In this document: positions 25,541 through 34,456 of the stretch, one piece after another | How positions within the stretch are numbered: the stretch's first letter is position 1 | How the letters are laid out: the number at the start of each line of letters is the position of its first letter | Source of the DNA: Acidobacteriota bacterium | GTDB taxonomy: Bacteria > Acidobacteriota > Polarisedimenticolia > J045 | Direction of reading: 5' to 3' | DNA: 64,000 nucleotides | NCBI GenBank assembly: GCA_025456425.1 | Contig: JALOKP010000008.1 | Span: forward strand, 552-64,551 | The notes under the pieces: model-generated | What the model saw: only the letters and a program-made list of their open reading frames with translations | Databases searched by the model: none | Told to the model about the DNA's origin: nothing | Program-made: the position numbers and the translations under genes

Positions 25541-27604
25541 TCACTTCGGCACCCGGTAAGCCAGCGGGCGCTTGGTCTTGCCCGACTTGTCTGCGTCCGT
25601 CGCGGGGCGGAATGTCCCGTCCACGTCGCAAACGAACAGCTCTAGCTCGGCCCGGTGGGCGGCAATGTAGCCGTCGACGGTTCGTTCCTTCTTACCGAGC
25701 CGCGCCGCCAAGTCGGCCTTGGTGAGCGGGACATCGCTGGCGCCGAGGGTTGTAAGCAGTCCATCCGCGGGGCGCTTGCGCCGCGTGAGCTTGGCGGCCT
25801 CGTCGCCCGATAGTTCGCGCTGGTAGACCAGGGCAACGGGCGTTTCGTGGTCCGGCTTCCCGAGCGCCACCGCGGTTTGGTCGGGCCACAGGAAGACTAG
25901 GTGTTTGCCCGAGCCGCGGCGCCGGCCGACCCGCTGCTTGTTGGTCGAGACGACGAACGCCGACCCGCCGGCGGGAAGGTGAGGCACGTCGCCCGCCGGG
26001 CGTAGGAAGATCACCGCGTCCGAGATCCGGCGGAAGGCGTCCGAGCCGTGAATCAGCCCGGATTCGTCCGTCGTCGGGTCGTAAGCATAGGCCAGCTTGT
26101 TTGTATGGTGGTTCAGCCCGAGCCCGCAGGGGCCGCCCGCGGCCGCCCGCAAGGGTGCCATGTGCTCGCGGTAGAACCGCGTCACGTCCTCGGCGTCCTT
26201 GAACGACTTGATATCGCTGGTCGCCTGCACCGTATCGGCAAGGATCAGCTCGGGGCGGAAGTCGGCGACCAGCCGGAACAAGCGGGCGCGAGCCACGGGG
26301 TCGCCGAACCAGAACGCGGGGTCGGCCACGATTCGCAGGTTGTCGGCAAGCAGCGCGGGGTCCAGATCGTTGCCGGCAAACAGCATTTCCGCCCGGTCGG
26401 CCAGGTCGCCCGGATCGTCTTCCGCGAAGATTCCGAGCACCCGGACGGGCCGTGCGATCTGCCACTCGCCGCAGACCCGGCCGCCCACGGCGGCCTTGGC
26501 GCCCAGCTCCAGCGAGAACCACGTCTTGCCGGTCTCGGACGGCGCGACGATCAGGGTGCGCCCGTGCAGCCGCACCCCGGGCAACAGCAGCTCAGGGACG
26601 GACCGCTCGCGGTGCGGCAGGGTCGCCGCGGTGAAGTAGGGCAGGGGCTCGACCGTCTCGGGGTCCGGCGCTGCCGGCCGCCCGAATTTCGCGACGGCCG
26701 ATTCGGCCAGGTTCCGCAGCTCGGCGTCCGTCTTCCGCTCGCCGGGGAGCGCGTCGGCCCACGCGCGGAGCGCGGGCGCGATCCCCGCCACGGGCACGCC
26801 GGCGGACGCCAGCGCGACCGCCTTGCCCCGGAGCCAGTCGTGGCGGGACTGACCTTCGCGCGGGCCCCAGTCGCCGCTCGCGGGCACGTAGGGCGCCTCG
26901 CGGGGAGCGGCGCCGGCGGTGCCGCTCTCCGGCAACAGGTCGAAGTCGGACGGGTTGTAGCGGACTGCGTCCTCGTCCACGATCTGCGCCATCGGCCGGT
27001 CGGGCGTCTTGTGGTTCCGGGTGCCCGGCACGCGGAGGATGCGAGCCAGGTCCGCGGTGTTGTCTACCGTCCACCCGCGGCGCTTCGCGCGGTCGCGCAG
27101 GAACGCCTGCACGCGCTGAACGACCGCCTTCGCGGCCGCCCGATCGGCTTCTGACTCGATCGTCCACGGCTCGCGGTAGAGCCACCAGACGTGCAGACCG
27201 AACCCCGACGAGACGATCAGCGAAGGCACCGGGAGCCCGTCCAGCAGCGTGAGCGCGTCCCCGATCGTCGGCGGCAGCGCCGGGCATTTGTGCGCCGTCG
27301 CGTGCGCCACGTCCACGTCAGCCCAGATCCCGGGGACCGCCAAGACGGACGATTCGCTCCCGCGGCCCTCGGACGGGACCGTGGCGTGCGAACAGCACCC
27401 GAGATAGACGTCACCGTGCGCCGATTCGGCTGCCGCGTGGCGGGCGAGCGCGTCCAGGTCGCCGCCGGCGAACCAGCTCGTTGCCGGCGTGCGATCCCTG
27501 AACCGGGTGACGGCCAGGTGCCCGGGGGCGCCATCCGGCCAGATCGCGGTAAGGAACGCGCGGGCCTCTTCGGCCGGCATCTTGCGGACCGCGGGCGCGG
27601 TCAC
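25541..27604 (-). CDS. Bifunctional primase-polymerase / RecA-like helicase replication protein
   Basis: N-terminal prim-pol motifs (SSGFGLHVWWL, RVPGTRNHK). Central P-loop LIVAPSETGKTWFSLELGA and Walker B-like ELILADTV. C-terminal winged-helix-like tail. Confidence 0.8.
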   Translation of the reverse strand: MTAPAVRKMPAEEARAFLTAIWPDGAPGHLAVTRFRDRTPATSWFAGGDLDALARHAAAESAHGDVYLGCCSHATVPSEGRGSESSVLAVPGIWADVDVAHATAHKCPALPPTIGDALTLLDGLPVPSLIVSSGFGLHVWWLYREPWTIESEADRAAAKAVVQRVQAFLRDRAKRRGWTVDNTADLARILRVPGTRNHKTPDRPMAQIVDEDAVRYNPSDFDLLPESGTAGAAPREAPYVPASGDWGPREGQSRHDWLRGKAVALASAGVPVAGIAPALRAWADALPGERKTDAELRNLAESAVAKFGRPAAPDPETVEPLPYFTAATLPHRERSVPELLLPGVRLHGRTLIVAPSETGKTWFSLELGAKAAVGGRVCGEWQIARPVRVLGIFAEDDPGDLADRAEMLFAGNDLDPALLADNLRIVADPAFWFGDPVARARLFRLVADFRPELILADTVQATSDIKSFKDAEDVTRFYREHMAPLRAAAGGPCGLGLNHHTNKLAYAYDPTTDESGLIHGSDAFRRISDAVIFLRPAGDVPHLPAGGSAFVVSTNKQRVGRRRGSGKHLVFLWPDQTAVALGKPDHETPVALVYQRELSGDEAAKLTRRKRPADGLLTTLGASDVPLTKADLAARLGKKERTVDGYIAAHRAELELFVCDVDGTFRPATDADKSGKTKRPLAYRVPK

Positions 27605-27840
27605 CGCCGGGCCCTTTCGCCCTCGGCCAGCGCCAGGTCGAGCTGCCGCGACTTGTCAGGGTCCCAAGGTTCCGCGGTCGGATCGTAGCCCGCGCCCAGC
27701 AGCGCCAGGTCGAGAGCCGCGCGGTGAATCTCGGCCAGCGCGGAGCCGCGATCGCTGCCGTTCTGGTAGGCGACCGCGAGCTGTAGGACCGCGGCGATTG
27801 CTCGGCGCCGGGCCGCTTCCCACGACGGGGGGCCGCTCAC
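27601..27840 (-). CDS. Hypothetical element protein (79 aa)
   Basis: 4-nt overlaps with both neighbours. No family recognised. Confidence 0.45.
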   Translation of the reverse strand: MSGPPSWEAARRRAIAAVLQLAVAYQNGSDRGSALAEIHRAALDLALLGAGYDPTAEPWDPDKSRQLDLALAEGERARR

Positions 27841-28154
27841 GACTTCGCCGCCGCGAGCCCAACGCGGAACGCGGCCCGGGCCTCGGCGAGCTGCCGGCGG
27901 ACGCGACCGCGGGACCAGCCGAGCGCCGCCGCGACGTCTCGCTCGCTGGCCCCGTAGTAGTCGACGGCCAGCAGTAGGCGGCGCCGCTCGGCGGGCAGCT
28001 CGCGCAGCATGGCGCGGACCGCGCGGGCCAGCTCCAGCGCCGCGACCACTTCGTCCGGCTGCGGGGCTTGAACGTCAGCCGCGGCCGCGAGCGGCTCGGC
28101 GAAGCCCCACGATTCCAGCGCGTCGAGCTGGTCGAGCCGCACCGCCGCGCTCAC
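27837..28154 (-). CDS. Sigma70 region-4-only HTH protein
   Basis: 105 aa. LRELPAERRRLLLAVDYYGASERDVAAALGWSRGRVRRQLAEARAAF matches the ECF-type region 4 layout. No region 2. Confidence 0.55.
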   Translation of the reverse strand: MSAAVRLDQLDALESWGFAEPLAAAADVQAPQPDEVVAALELARAVRAMLRELPAERRRLLLAVDYYGASERDVAAALGWSRGRVRRQLAEARAAFRVGLAAAKS

Positions 28155-28780
28155 CGGGCGCCCCCCTTCGGCGGGATGTAGAACTGCGCGGGGAGCGCGG
28201 CCACGTCGGCTTCGCGGTAGAGGATCCGCCGGCCGAACTGGACGAAGCCGAGCAGCCCCTCGGCGCGGAGCCGGCGGAGCGTTCGGGTCGAGAGCCGCAG
28301 GGCCTCGGCCGCCTCGCGCTCCGTCAGCAGACCGCCGGCCGCGAACCCGAACGCGGGCAGCGCGAGCGCCGCGCCAGCGCCGAGGAAGCCGCCGACCAGG
28401 AGAGCCGCGAAGACGATCAGCAGCGCCGCCGCGACGGGCAGCGCTAGGGGAGGGTCGGCGCTACTTGGGCCGTCGTCTCCCGGGCTGCCGCCCGACGACG
28501 CGGCCCGCGATCGGTGAGGCTGCCGGCCGCCGATGCGGCGCGGCGCGGTCCGCCGGTCGAGCCGGACGGTCAAGCGCCGCGGGAGCCGGGCGTGGACGAT
28601 GCGCCGGGCCTCGCGCCGCGCCTTGCGCCGGATGGCGTGGCGCAGCTCGGGGCGTGTCATCAGGAAGGCGGACGGGCTGACGGTCTCAGCTTCGGGCGGG
28701 GCGGCCAACAGCGCCGCGACGATCCCGAGCGCTTGCTCGATCTGAGCTTGGGTCTGCTGACGGTCTCGTTTGCTGGTCAA
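28151..28780 (-). CDS. Excisionase-family (MerR-like HTH_17) DNA-binding protein with an internal TM hairpin
   Basis: C-terminal LLTEREAAEALRLSTRTLRRLRAEGLLGFVQFGRRILYREADV. It is preceded by two hydrophobic helices (LALPVAAALLIVFAALLVGGFLGAGAALALPAFGFAAGG) and a basic N-terminal region. Confidence 0.55.
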   Translation of the reverse strand: MTSKRDRQQTQAQIEQALGIVAALLAAPPEAETVSPSAFLMTRPELRHAIRRKARREARRIVHARLPRRLTVRLDRRTAPRRIGGRQPHRSRAASSGGSPGDDGPSSADPPLALPVAAALLIVFAALLVGGFLGAGAALALPAFGFAAGGLLTEREAAEALRLSTRTLRRLRAEGLLGFVQFGRRILYREADVAALPAQFYIPPKGGAR

Positions 28781-29012
28781 CTCGACTCCGATCCGCCGTG
28801 CGGGCTGTCAGGCCCTTACTCGAAGCGTACACCCGAACCGCGAAACTGGTACCGCGCCCCGGCGTGATATCGTTAGAGGGTCCGAATCCGCCGGGCAAAG
28901 TCCATGGGGTCGCGTCGTGTCAGCGGCGCGGCCCCGACCATTTCCGGCCGCCCCGAAAAGCGAAAGTCGCCCCCGGGCGCGAGGCTCCAGGGGCGACCGA
29001 TAATGTCAAGTC

Positions 29013-29034
29013 GGTGGACTGTTGGCGGACTGTT
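29013..29034 (+). promoter_or_regulatory. Candidate integrase arm-type sites (right arm): GGTGGACTGTT-GGCGGACTGTT
   Basis: Tandem repeat matching 17925..17946, 92-113 bp inside attR. Confidence 0.5.
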
Positions 29035-29125
29035 CTCCCGAGGCTTTTGTCTTCCTATGCCTCTGGTGTCCGTTGCAAGTCCTTGACTGGCCAGCGCTGG
29101 CCGCAGCAGTCCGCAACCGGGAATC

Positions 29126-29162
29126 GTTTTGAAGACCGCGGGAGGCACCAGCCCCCGTGCGC
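29126..29162. repeat. attR core: 37-bp direct repeat identical to 17873..17909
   Basis: Exact second copy of the 37-mer. Confidence 0.9.
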
Positions 29163-29166
29163 TTCC
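29126..29166 (-). tRNA. selC: Orphan 5' fragment of tRNA-Sec (nt 1-41) with the native upstream region
   Basis: The minus strand reads GGAAGCGCAC-GGGGGCTGGTGCCTCC-C-GCGGTCTTCAAAAC and then diverges into element DNA. GGAAGCG pairs perfectly with the 3' strand CGCTTCC found at 17819-17825. Confidence 0.8.
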
Positions 29167-29363
29167 GTGGGCCAACCACAGGAGGAATCATTGTACCCAC
29201 GGTTTCCGGCCCGGGAGGCCGCGCGCCGGGGGGACTGGACCCGGACCCCTCGCCCGGGTTAGATTCTCCCGCCCATCGCGTGGATGGGGGGACAGGGCCC
29301 GGCACCTGCCGGGACAGTGAAGGCCCTTCGGGGCGAGGCAGCGACCGGGTCCAACGTCTGATC

Positions 29364-29939
29364 ATGGGTAAGCGACTCTTCGTAGGGAACCTCCCGTACA
29401 GTGCCACCGCGGACGACCTGCGGGCGCTGTTCGCGGAGCTCGGTGAAGTCACCGACGTCCACATCGTGATCGACCGCGAGACCCAGCGTCCGCGCGGTTT
29501 CGCCTTCGTCTCGTACGCTTCGGACGAGGTCGCGGCCAAGGCGGCGCAGGAGATGAACGGCCGCTCGTTCGGCGGCCGGCCGCTCGTGGTGAACGAGGCG
29601 CGCGAGCGCGGCGAGGGCCCGCCCCCGGGTGCGAGGCCGTCCGGCCCGCGTCCCGGCGGCTTCGGCGACCGACCCCCGCGCCCCGGCGGCTTCGGCGACC
29701 GCCCGCCGCGCCCGCCCGGCAGCGGCCCCGGCGGGCCGCGTCCCGGCGGTTTCCGCGGCCCCCGCGGCGCGCCGATGCCGCCGCCCGAGCCGCTGCCGAC
29801 GGAAGAGCGCCGGCCGCGCACCGCGCCCAAGAAGAAGGTCGACTACGACCGCGACCGCACCCCTTCCACCCGGCCCCGCGAGGACGAGAAGGAGAAGGGC
29901 GGCGGGAGCTGGCGGCAGTGGATCGACGACGACGAGTAG
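29364..29939 (+). CDS. RRM-domain RNA-binding protein with a Gly/Arg/Pro-rich tail
   Basis: RNP2 LFVGNL and RNP1 RGFAFVSY, followed by GGFGDRPPRP repeats and an acidic end. Confidence 0.85.
   Translation: MGKRLFVGNLPYSATADDLRALFAELGEVTDVHIVIDRETQRPRGFAFVSYASDEVAAKAAQEMNGRSFGGRPLVVNEARERGEGPPPGARPSGPRPGGFGDRPPRPGGFGDRPPRPPGSGPGGPRPGGFRGPRGAPMPPPEPLPTEERRPRTAPKKKVDYDRDRTPSTRPREDEKEKGGGSWRQWIDDDE
29652..29711 (+). repeat. 30-bp tandem repeat (2 copies) encoding PGGFGDRPPR
   Basis: CCCGGCGGCTTCGGCGACCG(A/C)CC(C/G)CCGCGC occurs twice in tandem inside the RRM gene tail. Confidence 0.6.
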
Positions 29940-29942
29940 CCG

Positions 29943-30923
29943 CTAGTCGCTTCCAGGGTGTGCCGGCAGGCGCGCCCACTCTTCAACGCCGCGCTCGGGT
30001 TCCAGCTGGATCGTCGTGTGGTGGATGTCGAACCGCGCGGCGAGCAGCCGGTTGACGCGGGCCAGCGTCGCCTGCGCGTCCTCCCCGGTCCGCAGCCGGA
30101 CGTGGGCCGCCAGCGCGACGCGTCCCGGCGTGACGCACCAGACGTGCAAGTCGTGGACCGCCGCCACCCCCGCTTCTCCCAGCAGCGCGCGCTCGATCGC
30201 GGCGGCGTCCTTCCCCGCCGGCGCGACGTCGAGCAGCACCTCGGCCGCCTCGCGCAGGATCCGCCAGGCCGACAGGCCGATCAGCGCGGCGACGGCGAGG
30301 CTGGCCAGGGGGTCGGCCCAGGTCCAGCCCAGCGCGAGTACGGCCAGCGCGGCGAGGATCGCGGCGCCGGAGCCGAGCAGGTCGCCCAGCACGTGGATCA
30401 GCGCCGCGCGCAGGTTGATGTTGTCGGCGCCCTCGCCGCGGGACGGGTGTGTGTGGCCGTGGCCGCCCCCCGCGCGCAGCACGAAGAAGACGACGAGGTT
30501 CACGGCGAAGCCGATCGCCGCGACCAGCAGCATCAGCCGCGCGTCGATCTCCACCGCGCGCAGGCCGGCGAGCCGCAGGACCGCCTCGTAGGCAATCCGC
30601 GCGACCAGCAGCCACAGCAGGACCGCGTTGGCCAGGGCGGCCAGCACCTCGGCGCGGTGGAAGCCGAAGGTGTAGCGCGCCGTGTGGGGCCGCGCCGCGA
30701 CCACGGCAGCGATGAGGGCCAGCACCAGCGCCGCCGAGTCGGCCAGCATGTGCACGGCGTCGGCGAGCAGCGCGAGCGAGCCGGAGAGGAAGCCCCCGAC
30801 CGCCTCGACCGCGGCGAAGGCCAGCGTCAGCGCGAGCCCGAGCGCGAGGCGTCCGCGGGCGCTTCGCCCGCGAGCGGCACCGTGGTCGTGGCCCGCGTGG
30901 TCGTGACCGGTGTGGTCGTGCAT
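29943..30923 (-). CDS. Cation diffusion facilitator family transporter (CzcD/ZitB-like)
   Basis: His-rich N-terminus (MHDHTGHDHAGHDH), six TM helices, motifs LLADAVHMLADS and HVLGDLLGS, C-terminal cytoplasmic domain. Confidence 0.9.
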   Translation of the reverse strand: MHDHTGHDHAGHDHGAARGRSARGRLALGLALTLAFAAVEAVGGFLSGSLALLADAVHMLADSAALVLALIAAVVAARPHTARYTFGFHRAEVLAALANAVLLWLLVARIAYEAVLRLAGLRAVEIDARLMLLVAAIGFAVNLVVFFVLRAGGGHGHTHPSRGEGADNINLRAALIHVLGDLLGSGAAILAALAVLALGWTWADPLASLAVAALIGLSAWRILREAAEVLLDVAPAGKDAAAIERALLGEAGVAAVHDLHVWCVTPGRVALAAHVRLRTGEDAQATLARVNRLLAARFDIHHTTIQLEPERGVEEWARLPAHPGSD

Positions 30924-30988
30924 GATGCAGACGCAGCCTAGCCCGCCGGTCGCGGCGGGGGCAAGGCGTTCGCGACGCGGGAGGGGAG

Positions 30989-31807
30989 ATGAGGCTGGGT
31001 GCGACAGGGCTGGTCGCAGCGGTAGCCGTCACGGCGGCGTTCGCGGGGCGGGCGACCGCGCCCCCCGCGCTGCCCGCCAGCGCGACCGTGAGCGAGGTGA
31101 AGGACGGCGACACGCTCGTCGTCGAAACCGGGGGGAAGCCGCTCACCGTCCGGCTGATCGGGATCGACACGCCCGAAGAACGTCACCCCGAGGCCGAGCC
31201 GCAGTACCTCGCGGCCGAGGCGCATACCGAGCTGGCGCGGCTGGTCGGCGGAAGGACGGTGACGCTCGTCGCCGACCCCGGGGCCGGCGAGGATCGCTAC
31301 GGGCGGGCTCTCGCCTACGTCGAGACGCCGGACGGGCGGGATGCCGGGGCCGTGCTGATCGAGGCCGGCCTGGCGCGGGCTTTCGAGCGCTACGACTACG
31401 CGCGCAAAGCCCGCTATCGCGGACTCGAAGCGGCGGCGCGCGCGGCCGGGCGCGGGGTCTGGCAGGAGGGCGGGCTGGCCGAATTGCGCTGGATCGTCGC
31501 CTCCGGCCGGGGGGCGATCGAAGTCCACGCGATGACCGGCGGGCGCTTCGCCGTGGTCGTCGACGGCTGGGCGCGGGCCGGGGTCAAGGGGCGCTCGCGT
31601 GCGCGGGACGAGCGCGGCTCGCTCGACGACGCGATCTGGGAGGCGCACCGAGCGCTCGGTGCGAAGCGCCACGACCCGTCGCGTGCGCTCGAGATCCTCG
31701 CGGCTGCGGGGTTCGTGCCGCTCAGCGCCCCGGCGCCGGTGCCAGCAACTCCAGCGCCTCCGGAGCGACCCGTCGCTCCGCCACCGCCGTCCCGTCGAGG
31801 GTCGTGA
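30989..31807 (+). CDS. Thermonuclease (SNase-like) family protein
   Basis: Signal-like N-terminus. VKDGDTLVV...VRLIGIDTPE...DRYGRALAYV...GLARAF matches the staphylococcal nuclease fold motifs. Confidence 0.75.
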   Translation: MRLGATGLVAAVAVTAAFAGRATAPPALPASATVSEVKDGDTLVVETGGKPLTVRLIGIDTPEERHPEAEPQYLAAEAHTELARLVGGRTVTLVADPGAGEDRYGRALAYVETPDGRDAGAVLIEAGLARAFERYDYARKARYRGLEAAARAAGRGVWQEGGLAELRWIVASGRGAIEVHAMTGGRFAVVVDGWARAGVKGRSRARDERGSLDDAIWEAHRALGAKRHDPSRALEILAAAGFVPLSAPAPVPATPAPPERPVAPPPPSRRGS

Positions 31808-33752
31808 GGTCCTGCTGGGAGAGGTCGAGCCGCGGCGCGAACGCGGCGTCGAGGAACGCCGCCGCGAGCCGTGCCTCGGGCGCCTCGCCGCAACCCTCGA
31901 TCGCGCCGGCGTCGGCTGGCGTGGCGCAGGCCAGCAGCGTATCGCCCCGTGCAAACAGACAGAGCCGCCGGCCCGCCTCGCCGACCGCGAACGGGGCGGC
32001 CGCATCGAGCTCGAAGCGCGGCGAGCCCAGCACGCGCGCGGCGGCGCGCTGCGCGGCCGGGTCGCCGCCCGGGCGCGGTCGGGCCGGCAGCGCGAGCCCG
32101 AGCCGGCGCAGCGCGCCGGGATCACGCTCCAGCACCTCCTCGAACAGCTCCGCGGACTCGTCGATCCGGCCCAGGCGCCAGGCGGCGGCCGCCATCCGCG
32201 CGGCGAGCCGAACGCGCAGCAGGACCTCCTCCGCCGGCAGGCTCGCGCGCGCGGCGCGCCCCTCGACGAGGCAGTCCGGATCCTCGCCGGCCAGGCAGAC
32301 CGCCTCGGCCCGCAGCGCCGCGAGGTAGGCGGCGCGTAACTCGCGGGGCTGTCCCGCCGGCGGCCCGGCCGGCTCGTGCAGCCAGCGCTCGACCAGCGGG
32401 CGGACGGCGGCCGGGCCGAGCAGCGCGACCGCGTCGAGCTGCAGCCAGGACGGGGCGGCCAGCTGCGGCACGGTGGCCGTCGACTCGTTGGAGGCCTCGA
32501 GCCCGCCCGCCAGCAGCACCGGCGCGACGCGCCGGCCGGCGTACCAGGCGCGCAGCCGCTGGCCACCTGCGGCGGCCCGCGCCGGGATCGTCGCGGACCA
32601 GCCGCAGACCGCGGCGCGTTCGTCGAGCAGTTCGGCCAGCGTGCGCCGGATCGCCCGTTCCAGCAGCGCCGACTCGGCGATCGTCGCTTCCTCGCTCCCC
32701 GACCAGTGCGCGGCGCGATCGGGCTCGTCGAGCGCGCGCCCGACCGCGTCGAGCGCGCGGTCGGGGTGGCCGGCCAGCAGCAACACCTGGGCGGAGGTGA
32801 AGAGCGCCTGGGCGCGCGTGTACTGCTGGACGCGGCGCGGCGCGGCGCGGACCGCGAGCGACATCGCGCGCGCCGCGGATGCCGCCTCGCCCAGCCGCCC
32901 TTCCGCCGCGTAGAGCGCGGCCAGGTCGCGCCACGGGTTGGACTCCTCGTCGGGGACCCGCGTCGATTCCAGCAGCAGCCGTTCCGCCTCGTCGAAGCGC
33001 CCCGCGTCCTGGGCCGAAACCGCGGCATTGCGCAGCGCCAGCCCGGCGGGGAAGTCGTAGCGACGGACCGCCTCGAGCACCGCGACGCAGGCCGGGTAGC
33101 CGTCGAGTGCGCAGAGCCCGTTGCGCCCGATCACCTCTTCGAGCGGGTCGCCCGTCGCCAGCGCCCGGGCCGCCGCGGCCCGGGCCTCCTGCTCGCGGCC
33201 GAGCTTCATCAGCGGCCAGACGTCGAGTCCGTGCAGGAACGGGTCGTAGAGCGCGCGTACGCGCGCGGCGTAGGCCAGCGTCTGCTCGAAGCGGCCGAGA
33301 TCGGACGAGGCCCACATCAGGTGATACAGCGCCTCGCGGTGCCAGCGCTCCTGGCCGGGGCGGGCGACGCCCCCGGGCGACTCCGTCAGCGCCAGCGCGC
33401 GGCGAAAGCTGGCCAGTGCCAGCGGCGTGTTCCCTTCGCCGTCGTGCAGCGCGCGCCCCAGCACCAGTTCTCCGACCGCGGAGCGCGGGTTCTTCGCCAG
33501 CGCGCGCTCGGCCAGCTCGCGGGCCCGGACGAAGCGCCCTTCCTGCGCGGCGCGCAGCGCCTCGGCCTCGTCGGAACCGGCCGGCGGCGCGCCCGCGCGA
33601 GCTGGTTCCGCCACCGCCGCGGCGGGTCCGAGCACGAGCGCGACGGCGACGGCGACGGCGAGGGCGGGACGGGCCGTCCGGCGCGCGGAGCGGGGGCTGC
33701 GGGAGGGCGAGAGCACCGCCCGAGAATACGCGGCGACCGGGCCGCGGACCAA
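31722..33752 (-). CDS. Secreted TPR-repeat protein
   Basis: Signal peptide (ALAVAVAVALVLGPAAAVA). Multiple TPR-like helical repeats. The 3' end overlaps the nuclease gene convergently by 86 nt. Confidence 0.6.
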   Translation of the reverse strand: MVRGPVAAYSRAVLSPSRSPRSARRTARPALAVAVAVALVLGPAAAVAEPARAGAPPAGSDEAEALRAAQEGRFVRARELAERALAKNPRSAVGELVLGRALHDGEGNTPLALASFRRALALTESPGGVARPGQERWHREALYHLMWASSDLGRFEQTLAYAARVRALYDPFLHGLDVWPLMKLGREQEARAAAARALATGDPLEEVIGRNGLCALDGYPACVAVLEAVRRYDFPAGLALRNAAVSAQDAGRFDEAERLLLESTRVPDEESNPWRDLAALYAAEGRLGEAASAARAMSLAVRAAPRRVQQYTRAQALFTSAQVLLLAGHPDRALDAVGRALDEPDRAAHWSGSEEATIAESALLERAIRRTLAELLDERAAVCGWSATIPARAAAGGQRLRAWYAGRRVAPVLLAGGLEASNESTATVPQLAAPSWLQLDAVALLGPAAVRPLVERWLHEPAGPPAGQPRELRAAYLAALRAEAVCLAGEDPDCLVEGRAARASLPAEEVLLRVRLAARMAAAAWRLGRIDESAELFEEVLERDPGALRRLGLALPARPRPGGDPAAQRAAARVLGSPRFELDAAAPFAVGEAGRRLCLFARGDTLLACATPADAGAIEGCGEAPEARLAAAFLDAAFAPRLDLSQQDLTTLDGTAVAERRVAPEALELLAPAPGR

Positions 33753-33838
33753 AGCGTCCGGCCCGGGCCCCGCGCGACGGGACCCGGGCCGGGGTCGAGG
33801 AGAGGGAGGAAGGAGGAGGGTCAGGTCAGAAGGTCATC

Positions 33839-34279
33839 TCAGCGGGCCGCGCGCGTCTCGTCGCGCGGCGGCTCCGGCTCGTACGGCGGGACCGTGACGA
33901 GGCCAGGGACGACGGTCGCGACGCGCAGCGCCCGGGGCGCGGATCCAGCGGCAGGGGCGCTCTGGTGCAGGCCGACCAGGTGCGTCAGCCCGCGTGCGTC
34001 CTGCTGCAGCACGAGCTGCGAGGAGGTCCTGGTGGCGCGTCCGAGCCGGCCGTCGCGGAACACGCTCGCGACCGGCCGTCCATCGATGAGCACCTGGACG
34101 AGGCTTCCGGTTCCGACCGGCCGGAGCACCACGGCCCCGCCGGCAAAGAGCTGGTCGCCGATCACGACCGGCCCGGCGATCTCGGCGCCCAGCGACGAGG
34201 CGGCCTGTGCCGGAGCCAGGGCGGCCGCCAGGGCCAGGGTGAGCATCGCCATCCCGTGAAGCAGCGTCCTCGCGTTCAT
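33839..34279 (-). CDS. Secreted hypothetical protein
   Basis: ATG at 34279 (MNARTLLHGMAMLTLALAAALAPAQA, signal peptide). No family recognised. Confidence 0.45.
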   Translation of the reverse strand: MNARTLLHGMAMLTLALAAALAPAQAASSLGAEIAGPVVIGDQLFAGGAVVLRPVGTGSLVQVLIDGRPVASVFRDGRLGRATRTSSQLVLQQDARGLTHLVGLHQSAPAAGSAPRALRVATVVPGLVTVPPYEPEPPRDETRAAR

Positions 34280-34456
34280 CGTCGTATCCCTCCTCGGCCA
34301 GAGGGACAGCAAGACCGATGCCACGCGCCGTCACGGGCGCGCGCGGCTCGTCCCGGACGTTTCCGGATCGGCGTGGATTCCGGGATTCTCGCCGTGCATC
34401 CGGAATCCGGCAGCTGGCCGGACAGAGTGACCGAACCGGCGGCCGGCCGGGCGGGC

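Larger units (their letters stand above)
17873..29162. mobile_element. Integrated 11.25-kb phage-satellite-like element in selC
   Basis: Bounded by 37-bp direct repeats. Tyrosine integrase sits next to attL, and repeated GGACTGTT sites lie in both arms. All genes are on the minus strand: int, TMP-like, capsid, small terminase, prim-pol/helicase, HTH proteins. Confidence 0.85.

Noticed and set aside
29126-29162. Second copy of the 37-mer considered as a duplicated tRNA gene
   Set aside because: Only tRNA nt 1-41 are present there, with no T arm or 3' acceptor strand. Together with the integrase and arm repeats it is an att site, not a gene duplication.
28798-29262. 154-aa plus-strand ORF spanning attR, and 60-aa ORF 28904..29086
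   Set aside because: It crosses the element/chromosome junction and the tRNA fragment, has no SD or family resemblance, and the region is better explained as the att arm.
31722-31807. 86-nt convergent overlap between the thermonuclease and TPR genes
   Set aside because: It is probably just an extended stop-free 3' tail of one of the two ORFs in high-GC DNA. No structure or motif suggests a functional antisense arrangement.
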